A DNA stretch of 64,000 nt from Eledone cirrhosa (GCA_964016885.1 CAXHJY010001367.1:56048-120047); one strand, 5' to 3'. Positions 1 through 13,939 are shown, numbered from the stretch's first letter. Notes: a model not told the origin generated them from the sequence alone. Numbers and translations are program-made.

Positions 1-378
1 ATAAGCGGATATTATTGTCACAGTAGTTCTATTTAGAACTAGTCTTATTTTAATTATTCTGTCATTCACTCTATTTACAGCAATTACCTTATCTACCCAT
101 TTTTCAGTTAACATAATTCCTCCTCCACCCAGCCCATTGTCATTTCCCATCCAGAAAAGTTTATAGCATCGTTTTTTACCCACAATGAATCTAGCAGACC
201 CACCTCTCCACCTAGTCTCTTGGACACAACAAACATCAACTTCCTTACGTTCAAGCATCTCTACAACCTCATTTGAGCGACCTTTCAATGTGCCTACGTT
301 CATGGTACCAACTCTGAAGTTGGGTGGGTGGGTGGAATGGATGGGTTTGAGAGGCAGGGAGGGGTGTGGAAGACGAAA
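1..378 (-). mobile_element. 5' part of an RTE-clade LINE ORF (AP endonuclease N-terminus), continuing off the left window edge
   Basis: Manual minus-strand translation FRVGTMNVGTLKGRSNEVVEMLERKEVDVCCVQETRWRGG...YKLFWMG...IISAY contains the APE motifs (T-x-N-V, QETRW, SAY); open to position 1 and not listed in the ORF track. Confidence 0.85.
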
Positions 379-854
379 CTATGTTGGTCTCCCATGTCTG
401 AAATAAAGAGGGGTCCTTGCATTCTCGTCCTGCAGCAGGAGGTGAATTTATCTTTATCTGTGACATTGTCATTGAGTTTTCAGATTTTCCAAATTCCGCA
501 GTCCACCTAGCAAACTGAAAAACAACCAGGTCTAAACTTAAGGAGTAATAACCGAGGTGGTGGCTTTGCTATACAGATTTGTAAGAGAACTTACTATAAA
601 CCGCTGAGTTATGATTGGACCAAATAGCAATGGTGGTGTGTGGGGGAATGAGGGCGGGAAATGAGTAACTTTAGGAGATCTTCTGAAACTAGTTAGTTTC
701 AGAAGATCCTGTTAAGGGTGAAAGCAGCGATTCTTTGCTCAAACTTTAATCTGTTATTTTAATAAATATTTGCTCTACGGTTCTTATATATTTGATATAT
801 ATTTATCCGTATCGAGCCCTCTTTGGATTTTAGTCTTGAAATTTATTATTATTA

Positions 855-937
855 ATTATATATATATGTATATATATATATATATGTATGTATATATGTA
901 TGTATATAAATATGTATATATGTATATATATATATAT
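855..937. repeat. (TA)n/(TATG)n microsatellite
   Basis: Direct sequence. Confidence 0.95.
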
Positions 938-1160
938 CATCATCATCATCATCATCACTGTTTTACGTCCGTCCTTCCACGCTAGCATGGGTTAGACGGG
1001 TTGTCCTGTTGTGGGCAGTAGCCGGTCGGTTGACCTTGTCTTGCTCATACAGGAACTGATTCTGGCTTGATTTCTACAGCTGGATGTCCTTCCTAACATC
1101 AACCTCATTTAAAGTGAGTGCTGGGTGCTTTTTTTTCGTGGCGCCTAACGCCCATTTTAC
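938..1160 (-). mobile_element. RTE 3' UTR fragment with (GAT)n tail
   Basis: Closely matches 51738-51950 and the reverse complement of the RTE ends at 32080-32233; (CAT)n at 938-957. Confidence 0.8.
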
Positions 1161-1162
1161 AA

Positions 1163-3650
1163 TGTAAAATGGCAGGCCTAGGTAAAGAAGAGAAAGACTG
1201 CTTTTATGAGCAACTTTTACGAACAGCCTCAATGACAGGACGGAGACATCGTTATGCTAGCAGGGGACTTCAATGGACACGTTGGACAGCTCCAGGATGG
1301 ATACACTGGGGTACATGGTGGGCACGGTTATGGCTCAAGAAATGAAGGAGTGGGGCTTCTTGAATTTTGTGATGCAAATGCACTAACCATTTGCAACACT
1401 AACTTCCAGAAGCCTACCAACCACCTAATAACCTACAAATCAGGCGAGCACATAAGCCAGATTGACTTCCTGTTAGTTAGACAGCGAGACAGACAGATGG
1501 TGTCAAATATTAAGGCATACCCCGGGGAAGAATGTACCCCACAGTATAGGTTAGTCGTTAGTGACATCTCAGTAAGCAAGAGAAAGAATGAGACATACAG
1601 GAAGGTGTGGAAAAGAAAAGCCCTTCAAGATGTGTATGACGGAAAAGAAGATGATTTAGAGTTGTATGATAACTGGAATTTCTTGGTGACAACTTACTGC
1701 AGGCTACTGAAGAAACTTGTGGTTGGGGCAGAGCTTCAATCAGACAGAGAGTGACCTGGTGGTGGAACAGCACAGTAGATAGGGCCATTAGAGACAAAAG
1801 ACTGACATGGAAGGCTTGGAAAAATGGTGGAAGGACACACAGCCGCTAAGAGAGAAGCTAGACGTCAGGTCTACTTAGCACGCAGGGAGGCTGATAGTAG
1901 GAGGTTTGCCAGTGTTCTGCGATGGGTCCGGAATGATGCCAGTGTACTTAGTGTCACGAATGATCAAAAAAAGGAGGCCTGGAAATGTCATTATGAGAGA
2001 CTGATGAATGTGGAAAACGAATGGGAGAGAGAGAAATTACCCCCAGTAGACCTGGCAGAGGGACCAGCTATTGAGATTGATGAATATAGGATACAAGGGG
2101 CAATTAAGGAAATGAAGAATGGTAAGGCTGCTGGACCGTCGGGGATAGTTGCTGAGATGCTGAAGACATCAGGAGAAGTAGGCACTAAACTGGTTGCACA
2201 CATCATTAATCAAGCTATATATGATGGTGTCATACCCAAAGACTGGTGCAGCAGTATTCTCATAAATTGCTACAAAGGTAAAGGGGATGCTCTGGAGAGG
2301 AGAAATTATAGGGGCATAAAGCTGATGGATCAGGTTATGAAAGTGGCAGAGAGAATATTAGTGCAACTGATTAGAGAAAGGGTCAAATTAGATGAGATGC
2401 AGTTTGGTTTTGTGCCTGGGAAAAGTACAACAGTTGCCCTCTTCTTAGTGAGACAACTACAAAAGAGGTTCTTAGTAAAGAATAAACCACTATACTTAGC
2501 TTTTGTTGACCTAGAGAAGGCCTTTGATAGGGTACCCCGATCTGTCATCTGGTGGTCCCTAAAGAAACTAGGTGGAGAGGAATGGTTTGTGAGGACTGTG
2601 AAAGCTATGTAGAGAGGTGCTGCCAGTAAAGTGAGAGTAGGAATGGAGTTTAGTGAGGAATTCCAGATACAAGTAGGTCTACATCAGGGTTCGGTCCTCA
2701 GCCTGCTCTTGTTCATTATAGTCTTCCAAGCCATAACAGAGGAATTTAAGACTGGCTGCCCATGGGAACTTCTCTATGCTGATGATCTGGTTCTTATAGC
2801 AGAATCAGTAGAGGAGCTAGAGAATAAATTCTGGCTGTGGAAACAGCAGTTGGAATCAAGAGGTCTGAGAGTGAACCTAGCTAAGACAAAAGTGTTGATA
2901 AGTAGAAGATAGGACAATACTCCGATTCCATCAGGGAAATGGCCATGTTCAATATGTAGGAAAGGAACTGGCATAAATTCCATAAAATGTACACAATGCA
3001 GATCTTGGGTACACAGGAGATGTAGTGGGATAGCAGGCAAACTAACAGGTAGGGAAATCTATGTATGCAGTAGATGTACAGGGAAAGTTGGCAGTAGTAA
3101 TCACAGTAATAGACACATTTTTCCAATGCAAGTGGGTTCTATAGAAGTGATTGATAGCTTCCGGTACCTAGGTGATCAGATTAGCATGGGTGGGGGGTGG
3201 GGGCTGTTCTGAGGCCATAGTATCTAGAATAAGGACGGTTATATGATGCCTGTGTGAGATGCGGGATGCTGCATGGTAGTGAGACATGGGCAGCAACTGC
3301 AGAAGATATGCGACGGGTGGAGAGAAATGAGGCAAGCACGCTCCGTTGGATGTGCAATGTCAATGTGCGTGAACAACCAAGCACAGATGAGTTGAGAAAG
3401 AAACTGGGTATAAGAGGGTTAAGTTGTGGTGTGCAGGAGATGGTATGGACATGTGATGCGCATGGAGGATGACCAATGGGTAAAGAACTGCCAAGAGATC
3501 CCAGTAGAAGGAAGACGCAGTAGAGGTAGATCATGAAAAACATGGCCGGAGGTGGTGAGAGCAGACCTGTGATCGCTGAAACTTATGGAGGAGATGATGA
3601 AGGACCAAGACAAGTGGAGAGATGCTGTGCTGAATAGGACCCATTGGGGG
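1163..3650 (+). mobile_element. Degraded RTE-clade LINE (APE, RT, PHD-like finger, C-terminal region)
   Basis: ORF pieces [55 protein letters not shown] and LHGSETW, broken by stops and frameshifts. Confidence 0.92.
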
Positions 3651-4499
3651 ACGCCTGACTGGAAGCAGAAGGATAGGGGCGACCTGAGGGACCAAGCGGT
3701 GGACATCGGTCACTTGGCTGTTGGTACCGTGAGGAGATGTGTCGTGTGAAGATAGATGCTGTTGGAAGTACCCCACGTGGGCGGTGGAACGAGTGATAGA
3801 AAGACGCAAGGTAAGTCCGAATGCCTCCGGCTACAGGATTTTTGCCACAGCTAGAGGAAAAAGAAGGAAATTGAAGGCCTATGCACACATAGGGCCACAC
3901 ATGGCTTTGCTGAGCTGTATCCTCAAGGAAAAGGAGACCAAAGAGGAAGAAGACAAAGAAAAGAAAAAAAAAAAACATTGGCCACAAAGGGTCTTCAGAC
4001 GCACAGATGGAGTTGAGAGCAACCACAAATGAGATGGCCGGCAACGCAGTCAGGGAAGACAGACAGGGCGAACAACAGGAATATGGTAAAGATAGAACAA
4101 GGAACCACCAGACAAAGAAGGGAACCTGAGCAGAGAGTGACCAGTGGGCAACTGTCCAAGTGAAGAACAAAACAAGATACTGAGACCCTGGGAAAAAGAA
4201 AACCCAGGTAACCTTAAAGTTCTTTAGAAAGGGGACCTGCTAGTATGGAGAAGCAGGGACAGGCTGCAGGTTCACTCATCCCAAATATCCCAGCCAAAAC
4301 CAATACAAACACAGGACAGGATGACTGCCCTGGAAGTATGCTGATGTTGTGCATGCTACCCACAACAATAAAGAGACAATATACATATGCAGACACAGTA
4401 CAGACTGCAGCAGCAGAGCAGCAATCTTTTTTTAGAAATGGCTGAAAAGATTGTGAGACAATTGACCTGACTACATTTCAGAGCCAAAGTCACTCACAC

Positions 4500-6245
4500 C
4501 AACATTTATGACCCCCACAATCAAAGGACCCAGGAAGGCCACCACTGACACCAACCTAAATGCCATATCAACAGCCACTGTTGACACCTTAAATGCCAGA
4601 GGCCTGGTGAAACTCACTAACATGAGTAAAATTTCCTACTTGAGAGACTTAGCCACAAGCAATCAAGCAATATGCATGGCATTAACTGAAATGCACCTGA
4701 CAACTAACATAGCAGATGCAGAAATACACATATTAAAGTATGCTCTATTTTGTACTGACAGGTCAGGGACAGAATTCGTGGTGGTGTTGATTTGTACATC
4801 TATGAAGATGTCCCCCTCATTGTACTGTTAACACATTTTAAGTCAGTCTATGGCATACTGATAGTACATGTAAAGCAACTCAAAATGGTAATATGTGTCA
4901 CATCTCGGCCACCATGCACCCTTAGTCATGAAGGTAAGTTTGAAGATAGCCCCAGAAAGATGGAAGAAGTCCTTAACAAACTGGATCAGAATCTCAATGT
5001 ATGAAGACCACCTCCTCTCAGGAATGACATTAGGTTCTTCTTAGAACAAAAAGCACTTCACCCAACAAGAGGTGAGAATGTCCTGGATCTCTGCTTTACA
5101 AATAACACTGTGCTCATCCACACTGTAATGGTGACACCAACGATTTTCTCAGAAATAATGATATATGGTCCGAGAGAGTATGTAGAGATGCAATCAATAG
5201 GAAGCACCGGGGATCTATCCAGCCTAAACATTGACAAGGCTAACTGGAAAAGGATCAAAGAAAAGATCCTGAAGCAAACATCTCCACACAAGACACTAAC
5301 ACGCAATTTTAACAGCTCATGACAACAATACAAACCATAAGTCATAAGTTTGTCCCGGAAAAAAAAGGCGAACAGCAACAAAAATGTTTGTTCCCAGAGA
5401 CGGGAAATTTCTTATGAGATGAAGAACAAAGATCTCAAACCTGTTAAATGCGCAACAGAGGAACAAGAAGGAACCCTATTTGAAACAGGCACTGCTTGAA
5501 ATTGAAATTGTACTCAAACTTTCCCATGAAAAGGAGAGGACAGAGAGAGAAGCCAAGGCCATACAAAATATTAAAAACAAACCCTAAGGCCTCTTTTAAA
5601 TTTGCAAATGAGACTGTCTCGGTACACTGCAAGATAGGGCCACTTTTCCATAAATTCGTAGATGCTACAACACTACATGGAGAAATGGCAACCATCAACC
5701 ACATAGATATAACAGAGGAAGATTTAATATCAGCCATAGAAGAAACAAGAGAAAACTCAGCTGCTGGACCTGATGGATTCCCAGCAATCCTCCTAAAAAC
5801 ATGCAAGATCACTGAAGATCCTCTTCAGAAGTTCTCTGGCTAGTGGGTAACTACCCAGAGAGCAAAAAGAAGGCATAATATGCCCTATCCATAAAGAAGG
5901 AAGCAGAGCAGAGGCTAAAAACTACAAGCCAGTCTCCCTGACTTCGCACATCAGTAAGGTCATGGAACAAATCATCAGAAAGAAACTAATCATGTTCCTT
6001 GAGGAAAATTACCTCCTAACTAATACCCAGCATGGCTTTCGCCCAGGAAGAAGCTGCCTTACACAGCTTTACTACACTACAGCTGGGTACTGAAACAGCT
6101 GCTGGACCACTCAAATGTGGATGTGATATATCTTGATTTTGCAAAGGCCTTCAACAAGGTTGACCATGGAACATGTCACAAACTACACAGATTAGGCATA
6201 ATTGGAAAATTAGGTAAGTGGATGCATGACTTCTTAAAAGATACA
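4500..6245 (+). mobile_element. Degraded CR1/L2-like LINE (APE and RT fragments)
   Basis: TLNARGL...LTEMHL (APE), NSAAGPDG, NYKPVSLTS, QHGFRPGRSC and DVIYLDFAKAFNKVDHG; 3650-4500 may be its 5' UTR/ORF1 remnant. Confidence 0.8.
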
Positions 6246-6479
6246 ATTCACCTCCCACTCTCTTACAGTGAACTCCAAAACGTCAGGGCTGCTACCATCA
6301 ATGTAAGCATGATGAAAGGAAGATAAGGAGAGGTTATAAAGATGTTGGAGCAAAAAAATGAGGAAGGTTCCAAGCTCCTGAATTCTACAATACCATGATC
6401 TATCTAACTGTAACATGAACTTCAAAAAACCAGACAACCACTTGATCATTGAAAGATATATTCTTTTAATGTTACAATA

Positions 6480-6911
6480 TTAAAGAAAATGTAAAGGAAG
6501 AGGTGAACAACGGAGCGAACACCAGAGCAAAAGACAGCAACGTCGCGAGTACTGGGCAACCTCTCTAATGATTTTTGAGGCAAGCCAGCACACTCGCAAC
6601 GCTGCCTCGGGTGATAGCGAGGCTGATGCGCTGAAACAGCCAAGCCCCCTCACGAGATTTGCCAGTTACCTCTATTAGGCGAGCTGCCAGTGAAGAGAGG
6701 AACCTCGCAGTCAGCGGCCCGACTCCTCCAAACGTCTCGAAAGCCACAGGCTGAAAAATGTAGCTGGTCGACAGATAAGAGTTTTTGAGGGTCTTACTCC
6801 GCTTGGCTGCAGAAGCTGTGGCTCTCGTCCTAACCACAGCATCTAGGATGCGGGAAAGAGCAAAAGAGTCACTAACAGTGACGTCCCAGACAAGGCACCT
6901 GCCTCTCGACC
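6480..6911 (-). mobile_element. 3' end of a CRE-like non-LTR retrotransposon (restriction-like endonuclease domain)
   Basis: ORF 6565-6945 reads GRCLVWDVTV...K..K....FQPVAFETFGGVG...FQRISLAITRG, typical of the C-terminal RLE of CRE-type elements. Confidence 0.75.
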
Positions 6912-9080
6912 CGGGGCAAATAGGCCAAATAGATTTTATCCTCACTAGAAGACAATATAGAGTTATGGTTGTAAAAGTCCCTCCCTGGGGAGAAAAACAC
7001 CTCCCAACATAGCCTAGTAGTTAGCGACTTTATAATTAGGGCTAGACAAATAGAGGGCAACCTACAAGAGAAAAATGGAAGCTGAAAGAGGCCTCAGCCA
7101 GTAACAAATAAGATTTTGTGGCTGGAGCAAGGCTCCAAAGAGAAGGAGAGTGACTTAGTGGTGGAATAATAAGGTGGGTGAAACAATTAAGGCTAATAGA
7201 CAGGCATGGAAAGAATGGCAGAATGGGAGAAGCAGAGAATACTACCAAGAAGCTAGATACTTTACAAAGAGGGAGCAGAAAAAAAAAAAAAATTATGCAT
7301 GTTTTACAATGTGAGGTGCTCAGAATTGTCAGGAAATTTGTGATATTGGGGAGAAGTGTGTCTGAGATGAAAATGACGCACTTGCCCTCACTGTGGTTGA
7401 AAATAAAGTAGCATGGAAGTACTGTTATGAAAGACTGTTAAACAAGGAGAATGCATGTGAGGCAGTCTGCCCCAAGTGAACCCAACAGAGGGACCAACCA
7501 TACAATTCAGCAGCATAGTAAGGCAATTAAAGATATGAAGACAGGCAAAGCAGCTGGGTCATTGGCAATTGTTGCTGAGATGCTGAAAGCATCTAGGATG
7601 GTGGGTCACACCTTAACCTCCAGTATCGTAAACCAAGTAATACAGAATTGTGTCATACCCAATGACTGGTGTAGCAGCATCATCGTCAACTGCTACAAGG
7701 GCAAAGGAGATGCACTAGATAGAAGAAACTATAGAAGCATCAAGTTGATGGACCAAATCACAAAGGTTGCATAAAGAGTTATTGCATAGCTGATTAGGGA
7801 CTGAGTTAACCTAGATGAGATGCAGTTTAGATTTGTGCCAGTTAAAAATAAAAATAAACTATTGATGCATTCTTTCTTGTGAGGCAACTGCAGAAGTATC
7901 TAGCTAAAAGTAAGCCCCTCTACTTAGCATTTGATAATCTGGAGAAAGCATTTGACAGAATCCTCCATTCCATAATCTGGTGAGCTCTTAGAAAACTAGA
8001 GGTAGATGATAGCTTGTGAGGGCAGTACAAGCCATGTACAGAGGAACAGTCAGCAACGTTAGAATTAACAATGGTTATAGTGAGGAATTTAGCATGCAAG
8101 TAGGGACCCATCATGGCTCTGTTCTTAACCCACTCCTGTTTATTAAGGTCTTGCAGGCTACAATGGACGAGGATGAAACCTGCTGCTCATGGGAACTCCA
8201 ACATGCTGATGACATAGTTCTCATAACTGAATCTATGCCAGAATTAGAGAAGAAATTCTAAACCTAGAAACAAAAAAGTCAACTTGGCAAAAACTAATAT
8301 CCTAGTAAATAGAAAGGATAACAAGGACTAGATACCTTCAGAGAAATGGCCTTACTAAGTGTGCAAGAGAGGAGTGGGTAGAAATTCCATCCTACATCCC
8401 AAATTCAACCTCTGGGTATACAAAGGATGTAGCAGTATCTCAGGCAGGCTGGTAAAGAATGTATGTTTTATATGTGGTAGATGCACAGGGGCAGCAGGAG
8501 CTCACAGAAAACAAACTTCATTAAATGCTCAGTGGGCTCCATAGAAATAGTTGGTAGCATCTGTTACCTGGGAGACCAAATTAGCAGTGGAGGTGGGTGT
8601 TCTGAAAGTACAGTAGCCATAATGAGAATGGGATGGAAAAAGTTCAGGGAGTTACTACGAAAGGTTTTTTTCCTCAAAGTGAAAGGCAGATTGTATGATG
8701 CTTGTGTTCGAACAGCAATGCTGCATGGAAGTAAGACCTTGGCAGAGGACTTACAATGATGGAAAGAAATGAAGCTGGCATGTTTTGATGGATGCATAAT
8801 AGTAGTGTGCATGAGCGACAAAGTTTCAATAAACTGTTATAGAAATTGGGCATAAGTGCCAGATGCAGTTTGCAAGAAAGGAGATTGCAGTGATATGGAT
8901 ATGTAATGCATATGGGGGATGTCAGCTGTGTAAAAATATGCTGGGCACTCAAAGTCAAAGGAAGCTATGGAAGAGGAAGACCTAAGAAAGCTTGAGATGA
9001 AAAGTTAAAAGCTGACCTTGCCCAATTAAACCTATCAAAGGAGATAATACAGGATTGAGATCTCTGGTGTTATAGTATTT
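6912..9080 (+). mobile_element. Heavily degraded RTE LINE
   Basis: GQIDFIL, MKTGKAAG, IPNDWCSSIIVNCYKGKGDALDRRNYR, HHGSVLNP, HADD and [16 protein letters not shown]; many stops. Confidence 0.88.
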
Positions 9081-9224
9081 GTCGGTACTAGTACCAATCT
9101 TCTCCCTCTCCCTCCCCCATTCACTGTATTATCAGTTAAATATCTCACCTTGTTGAACTTGTTTAATTGTTCCCCCCTGCCCTCACTCCTAACCCCTGAT
9201 ACACCTCGCCTGCCCACCCTATGT

Positions 9225-10640
9225 ATACTTAACAAAGACTAAAGTTTGAATAAGGACAGGAAACTGATACCATCAGGGAAGTGGCGTTGCTTGGCGTATT
9301 GAAAAAGGATGGACGGAAATTCCATACGGTACACTCAGTGTAATCTATGGATGCACAGGAGATGTAGTGGGGTTGCAGGCAGGTTAATAGAGAAGACAGA
9401 TGCACAGGAGAAATAAGCACTAAATGCATACATAAAATTGATTTTCTCAGCTGCAAAGGAGGCTCATAAGGAGTTATTGACATCTTTTGTTACCTAGGTA
9501 ACCTAATCAGAACAATGTAGCATATGTGAACTGAGAGAAAAACTCTGAATAAGAGGAATTGCATGTAGTGTACAAGAGAGAAGATTGTTATGGTATGGAC
9601 ATGTCATGCATATGGGAAATGAGAGCTGTATAAAGGGGAGCAGATAAATCTTAGTGGACAGGACTTGTAGAAAAGGCAGACTTGGAATAAGGTCATGGAC
9701 CAGCTTTAACAAGCTAAACTTCATAACAAAGATAACAAATGGCTGTGAGGGATAGTGCTATGTTGTGCTGGTGAAGATCTGTCTACCAGTATACAATGTG
9801 ACCTGACCTAATCCCATGCCCCCTCCTCCACTTGGACTCCTTAGTAGCTATCTTCACCATCAACACACACCTCTCACCTTATTGATGACCCTTCCACTAT
9901 CACACTTTACCTATTCCCCACCACTAAAGTCATTAGATACCCTCACTATCACACCCTAATAGCTACTCCCTCTACTATTCCTTTAGTTATTCTCTCCATC
10001 ACTACACACTTAACCAAAACCCCAACACACTGGTGAGTACCACTATCAACCACCTCATCCACACCCTGTCTTAGCTATTCTTGCCATCACTACATTCCTC
10101 CTCTCCCCTACTTATCAATCTATCAATTAACACCATACATCCATATGATACTTATCTTCCTTCTCACCCTCTCTTCACATAGTAGAGAGGGCTTTTCAGT
10201 TGGGACAATAATCAACAATCTCTCTAGTGTTGGTGCCACGAAAATGCACCCAGTACACCCTGTAATGTGGTTGGAGGCAGGAAGGACACTCCACTGAAGA
10301 AAACATGCTAAGAAGGGATGCAAGTACCCTACATTTGTCAATGGTGATCTACACAATGAACACACCCAGTACATGCTGTAAAGTGGTTAGTGATAGAAAG
10401 GGCATCCAACCGTAGAAAGCTTACCAAACAAAGGGTTGGGAGGATCCTTCAACTGTATTAAGGATATGACCCCTCTCTAGTGCTGGTATCAAGATAAAAT
10501 GCGTTTGGTAGAGCATGGGATTGTATGTATGTGAGATGGACACCCTCAGCCTATCTAAGAGGTTAGTAGTCATGTTTGAGTAGTAACTTGGTCTGTGAAG
10601 ACCTGCCCAACCCTTGCTAGTAGGGAAAATGGATGTGTGA
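9225..10640 (+). mobile_element. RTE C-terminal relic and scattered RTE 3' UTR fragments
   Basis: Similarity to the PHD/C-terminal region (ccatcagggaagtgg, tggtatggacatgt) and to the 3' UTR motif aagggcatccaaccgtagaaa. Confidence 0.6.
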
Positions 10641-12086
10641 AGTTAACAGATGTGAGAATGAATACTCATCACTAAGTGATAAAACTTGTTACTCTAGAGT
10701 TTCACTTGTGCATCTTATCTGATGATATTGTGAGTACACAGGTTAAACACCAGAGTAACAAGACTCATCACTTAGCCATAAAAAAGAATATATATATATA
10801 TATAATTCAAATTTATAGATATATGTACATAGAGAGAGAATAAAAGAATTTTCCATATGTAATACGTATTTCTCAGAGATATATGTGCTTTTTTTGCGTA
10901 AACAAAATACTGTGTTTTCTCATAAGGATATATGGCACTTTCTCTCTCTCTATATATATATACATATACATATATCTATAAATTTCAATTATTGATGCTC
11001 TGGACAAATGTCAATTGAGCTTTTCTAAGGAGAAGATTTGTTTGAAATTTTGAGGAGACCTTCCTTATAATAGTTGGTTCATCGTGATAGATTTTCTTTT
11101 AATTCTGCCTTGAAAAAAATGTTATAGTCACTTTTTTTTTTTAAATGCAATTTTTTATTATTTTTTTTTTTTATGATGATAAAAAAATTTTTCAAAAATA
11201 TCCAAGAAAGGCTTCTGTTACCATACAATGACTGGTTTCTGATTCTAAAAATGTAAAACTCATCTTCATAGCTTATTTGGATTTTCTCAAAAGAACTCTG
11301 AAAATTATGCTATTTTTCAACCATTTCTGGTCATATCTCAGCAAAAGTTAGGACTAGATGAAAAAGAAATATATCATTTGTCTCAGTTTTAGTGGGAGAT
11401 TCTACCATAAAAGTGAAAAAAAGATGCATGATATAATAAATTTTTTTCTTCTGGGGTGTTCCACCTTAAGACAAGTATTGACCAATATCCATTCATATGA
11501 TCAATACTAATGACAAACAAAACAATAAAAGATATAGAATTTTTAGCATTGCGACTTTTGGAAACATTTCGCTCATCCCTAAATGAACAAAGCTATGTGG
11601 TGCAACATGTTCCACTACAGACTGAATACTCAATTTGGATCACGTGGTTTTTTTTCGCATTTTCTTAGTGTGCTGTTCAAAATTTCGCGTCACACTGGTT
11701 GAGAATCACTGCTATAAACCAATAAATTGTATGTTTTTTTTTCTCCAGCAACTCATGTAAGAGTGTAAATTTGCAGAACCATCCAAACCATGCTAGCATA
11801 AAAAAAAGACAACGAAAATGGAGGAAACAATGGACGTATGAAAATAGACAAGAAATATGCCACAAAATATTTTATTCAATGATCTTAAGACTGTACCGAT
11901 CTGTCACCCTCCAAATTATAGAATAATAATTGTTTCTACTTTTAGGCACAAGGCCAGCAATTACCCAGAATAATAATAACAACAAAATAGCCAGAATCAG
12001 TTGTATTTATTGTAACACAAACACATAATTTGTCCCATAATTAAAAATAAGATGTACAGGAAGGGAATATGGGACGAGATGTACAT

Positions 12087-12338
12087 GCCTTTTGATACCA
12101 ACATGCCTGAAATCATGCAGTTTCTGGTAACTGCTCCTTTAAAAAATGTTTGTACTTTATTAAAACCTTCTATCATACTTTTATTTAAGAGATTTTTGTT
12201 AAGTATTGTTTCAAACATCAACTTAGTAATGAAAAAAGTTAGTTCTCTTTCATTCTCATTTAACTCTCCAAATTTTCAAAATTAATTGATATACATAGGC
12301 AGTGTATTTCATTAGAAATACGGTAATAAAAGGGTTAA
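12087..12338 (+). mobile_element. Short TTAA-ended non-autonomous DNA transposon-like repeat; related copies at about 17410-17610 (+) and 25590-25770 (-)
   Basis: Shared ccttttgatacca start and aggcagt.tatttcattagaaatac.gtaa...aaagggttaa end among the three copies. Confidence 0.5.
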
Positions 12339-12492
12339 TGATGTAAGTGAAGCAGTTCTAATTGGAAATCAAGGCTAAAGTGAGCTGCATCCACTGCACC
12401 ACCACCACAGTAACATTAATTATGATCATGATTTGGTCCATTGACAAGACAACGCCTTTATATATATAATGTGTGTGTGTATGTATGCATGC

Positions 12493-12523
<31 letters not shown>

Positions 12524-12559
12524 AGCAAAGAGATATTTAATTTGTTGGTTATTCAACAA

Positions 12560-12627
<68 letters not shown>

Positions 12628-12714
12628 ATATATATATACATGGTTAAGTGAAGAGTTTTAAGTTTTAAACCAAAAATAGAAACTGGGTTATTACCCTCTG
12701 TGGTACTCACGTCA

Positions 12715-12900
12715 ACAATAATGATTTCTGATTTAGGCACAAGACCAGCAATTTATGGGGAGGGTAAAATCAATTAAATTGACCCCGGAAGGTAAAGTTG
12801 ACCTTGGTGGGGTTTGAACTCAGAATGTAAAAGACCATAACTAAATACTGCAAAGCTTTTTGTTGGATGCTCTAACAATTCTACCAATCCATTGCCTTAT
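12715..12900 (-). mobile_element. tRNA-derived SINE, same family as 58900-59023
   Basis: Minus-strand B-box gagttcaaacc and shared tail tgctgg.cttgtgcc.aaa..agaaa. Confidence 0.6.
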
Positions 12901-13303
12901 CAACAATAATAATAGCAATAATAAGCAAATGAGTTTTGGAAGGAAGGGAGCTCTTAATTCCCTCCAGTTAATTGTAGCTAAATTTTAACAGTGGTGGCCA
13001 GTTTTAAATGGATATATGAATGTGAGTGTGTATGTATATATATATATACATATATATATATATAATTTTATTATTTTACAGAGATTCATGCTGGGGGCCC
13101 ACCTTCATTTAGTTGATCCTATTGACCCCAGTATTTATTCTTTCAAGTCAGGTACTTATTTTTATTGATCTATAATAGTTGATTATATAGTTCCCACCCC
13201 AATATTTTTAACTTAGTACTAAGGTTATAAAAATCATTACTTTATTTTCATTCACTTTAAAACAGTTACTGGTGTACCACTGAAATAAATAAGTTTTAAA
13301 TGC

Positions 13304-13336
<33 letters not shown>

Positions 13337-13345
13337 TATATATAT

Positions 13346-13939
13346 ATATAAATTACACAATTATCAAAGTTATGTTCAAATCATTTTATTGCTGACAATC
13401 GTTTCTTCCAAACTTTCGTTTGGAGTCATCGGAGCATTAGCAATGTTTGTATATATAATTAACCTCCTATTCAACTGAACAATCATATAGATACATATAT
13501 ATTGATGTTGTGAACAAGTTTCGTATTTACAGGGTGGAATGGATGCGACATATATTATACGAGAATTGTACAATAATTAAAATTAAAATTAAAAGCAGAG
13601 AGTGGAATACATGCAACAGATAATACAAGGGAATAGTCTAATAATTAAAGAGGCATTGTATTATCTGTCGCATGTATTCCACTCAGTGCTTTTAATTTTT
13701 ATTTTAATTATTGTACAATTCTCATATAATATATGTCGCATCCATTCCACCCTGTAAATACGAAACTGTTGTTCACAACATCAATATATATGTATCTATA
13801 TGATTGTTCAGTTGAATAGGAGGTTAATTATATGTACAAACATTGCTAATGCTCTGATGACTCCAACGAATGTTTGGAAGAAACGATTGTCAGCAATAAA
13901 ATGATTTGAACATAACTTTGATAATTGTGTAATTTATAT
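13346..13939. mobile_element. Long fold-back element (arms of about 283 bp, 27-nt spacer), Penelope-like pLTR palindrome with a unique tail to about 14080
   Basis: 13346-13628 is the near-perfect reverse complement of 13656-13939; a hammerhead motif and AATAAA lie in each arm; flanked by (TA)n. Confidence 0.8.
13850..13895 (+). ncRNA. Minimal type I hammerhead ribozyme motif
   Basis: tgct-CTGATGA-ctccaa...ttggaa-GAAA-cgattg-TC/agca; stem I tgct/agca, GUC cleavage site; the mirror copy at 13390-13436 (-) has CCGATGA. Confidence 0.75.

Noticed and set aside
10719-10750. CTGATGA as a hammerhead core (also CTGACGA at 42071, CTGAAGA near 46288, and the minus-strand CTGATGA near 14320)
   Set aside because: No correctly placed GAAA-UH with paired stems I and II
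11000-11470. Possible TTAA-ended DNA transposon (ends ccaccttaa)
   Set aside because: Matching left terminus could not be identified
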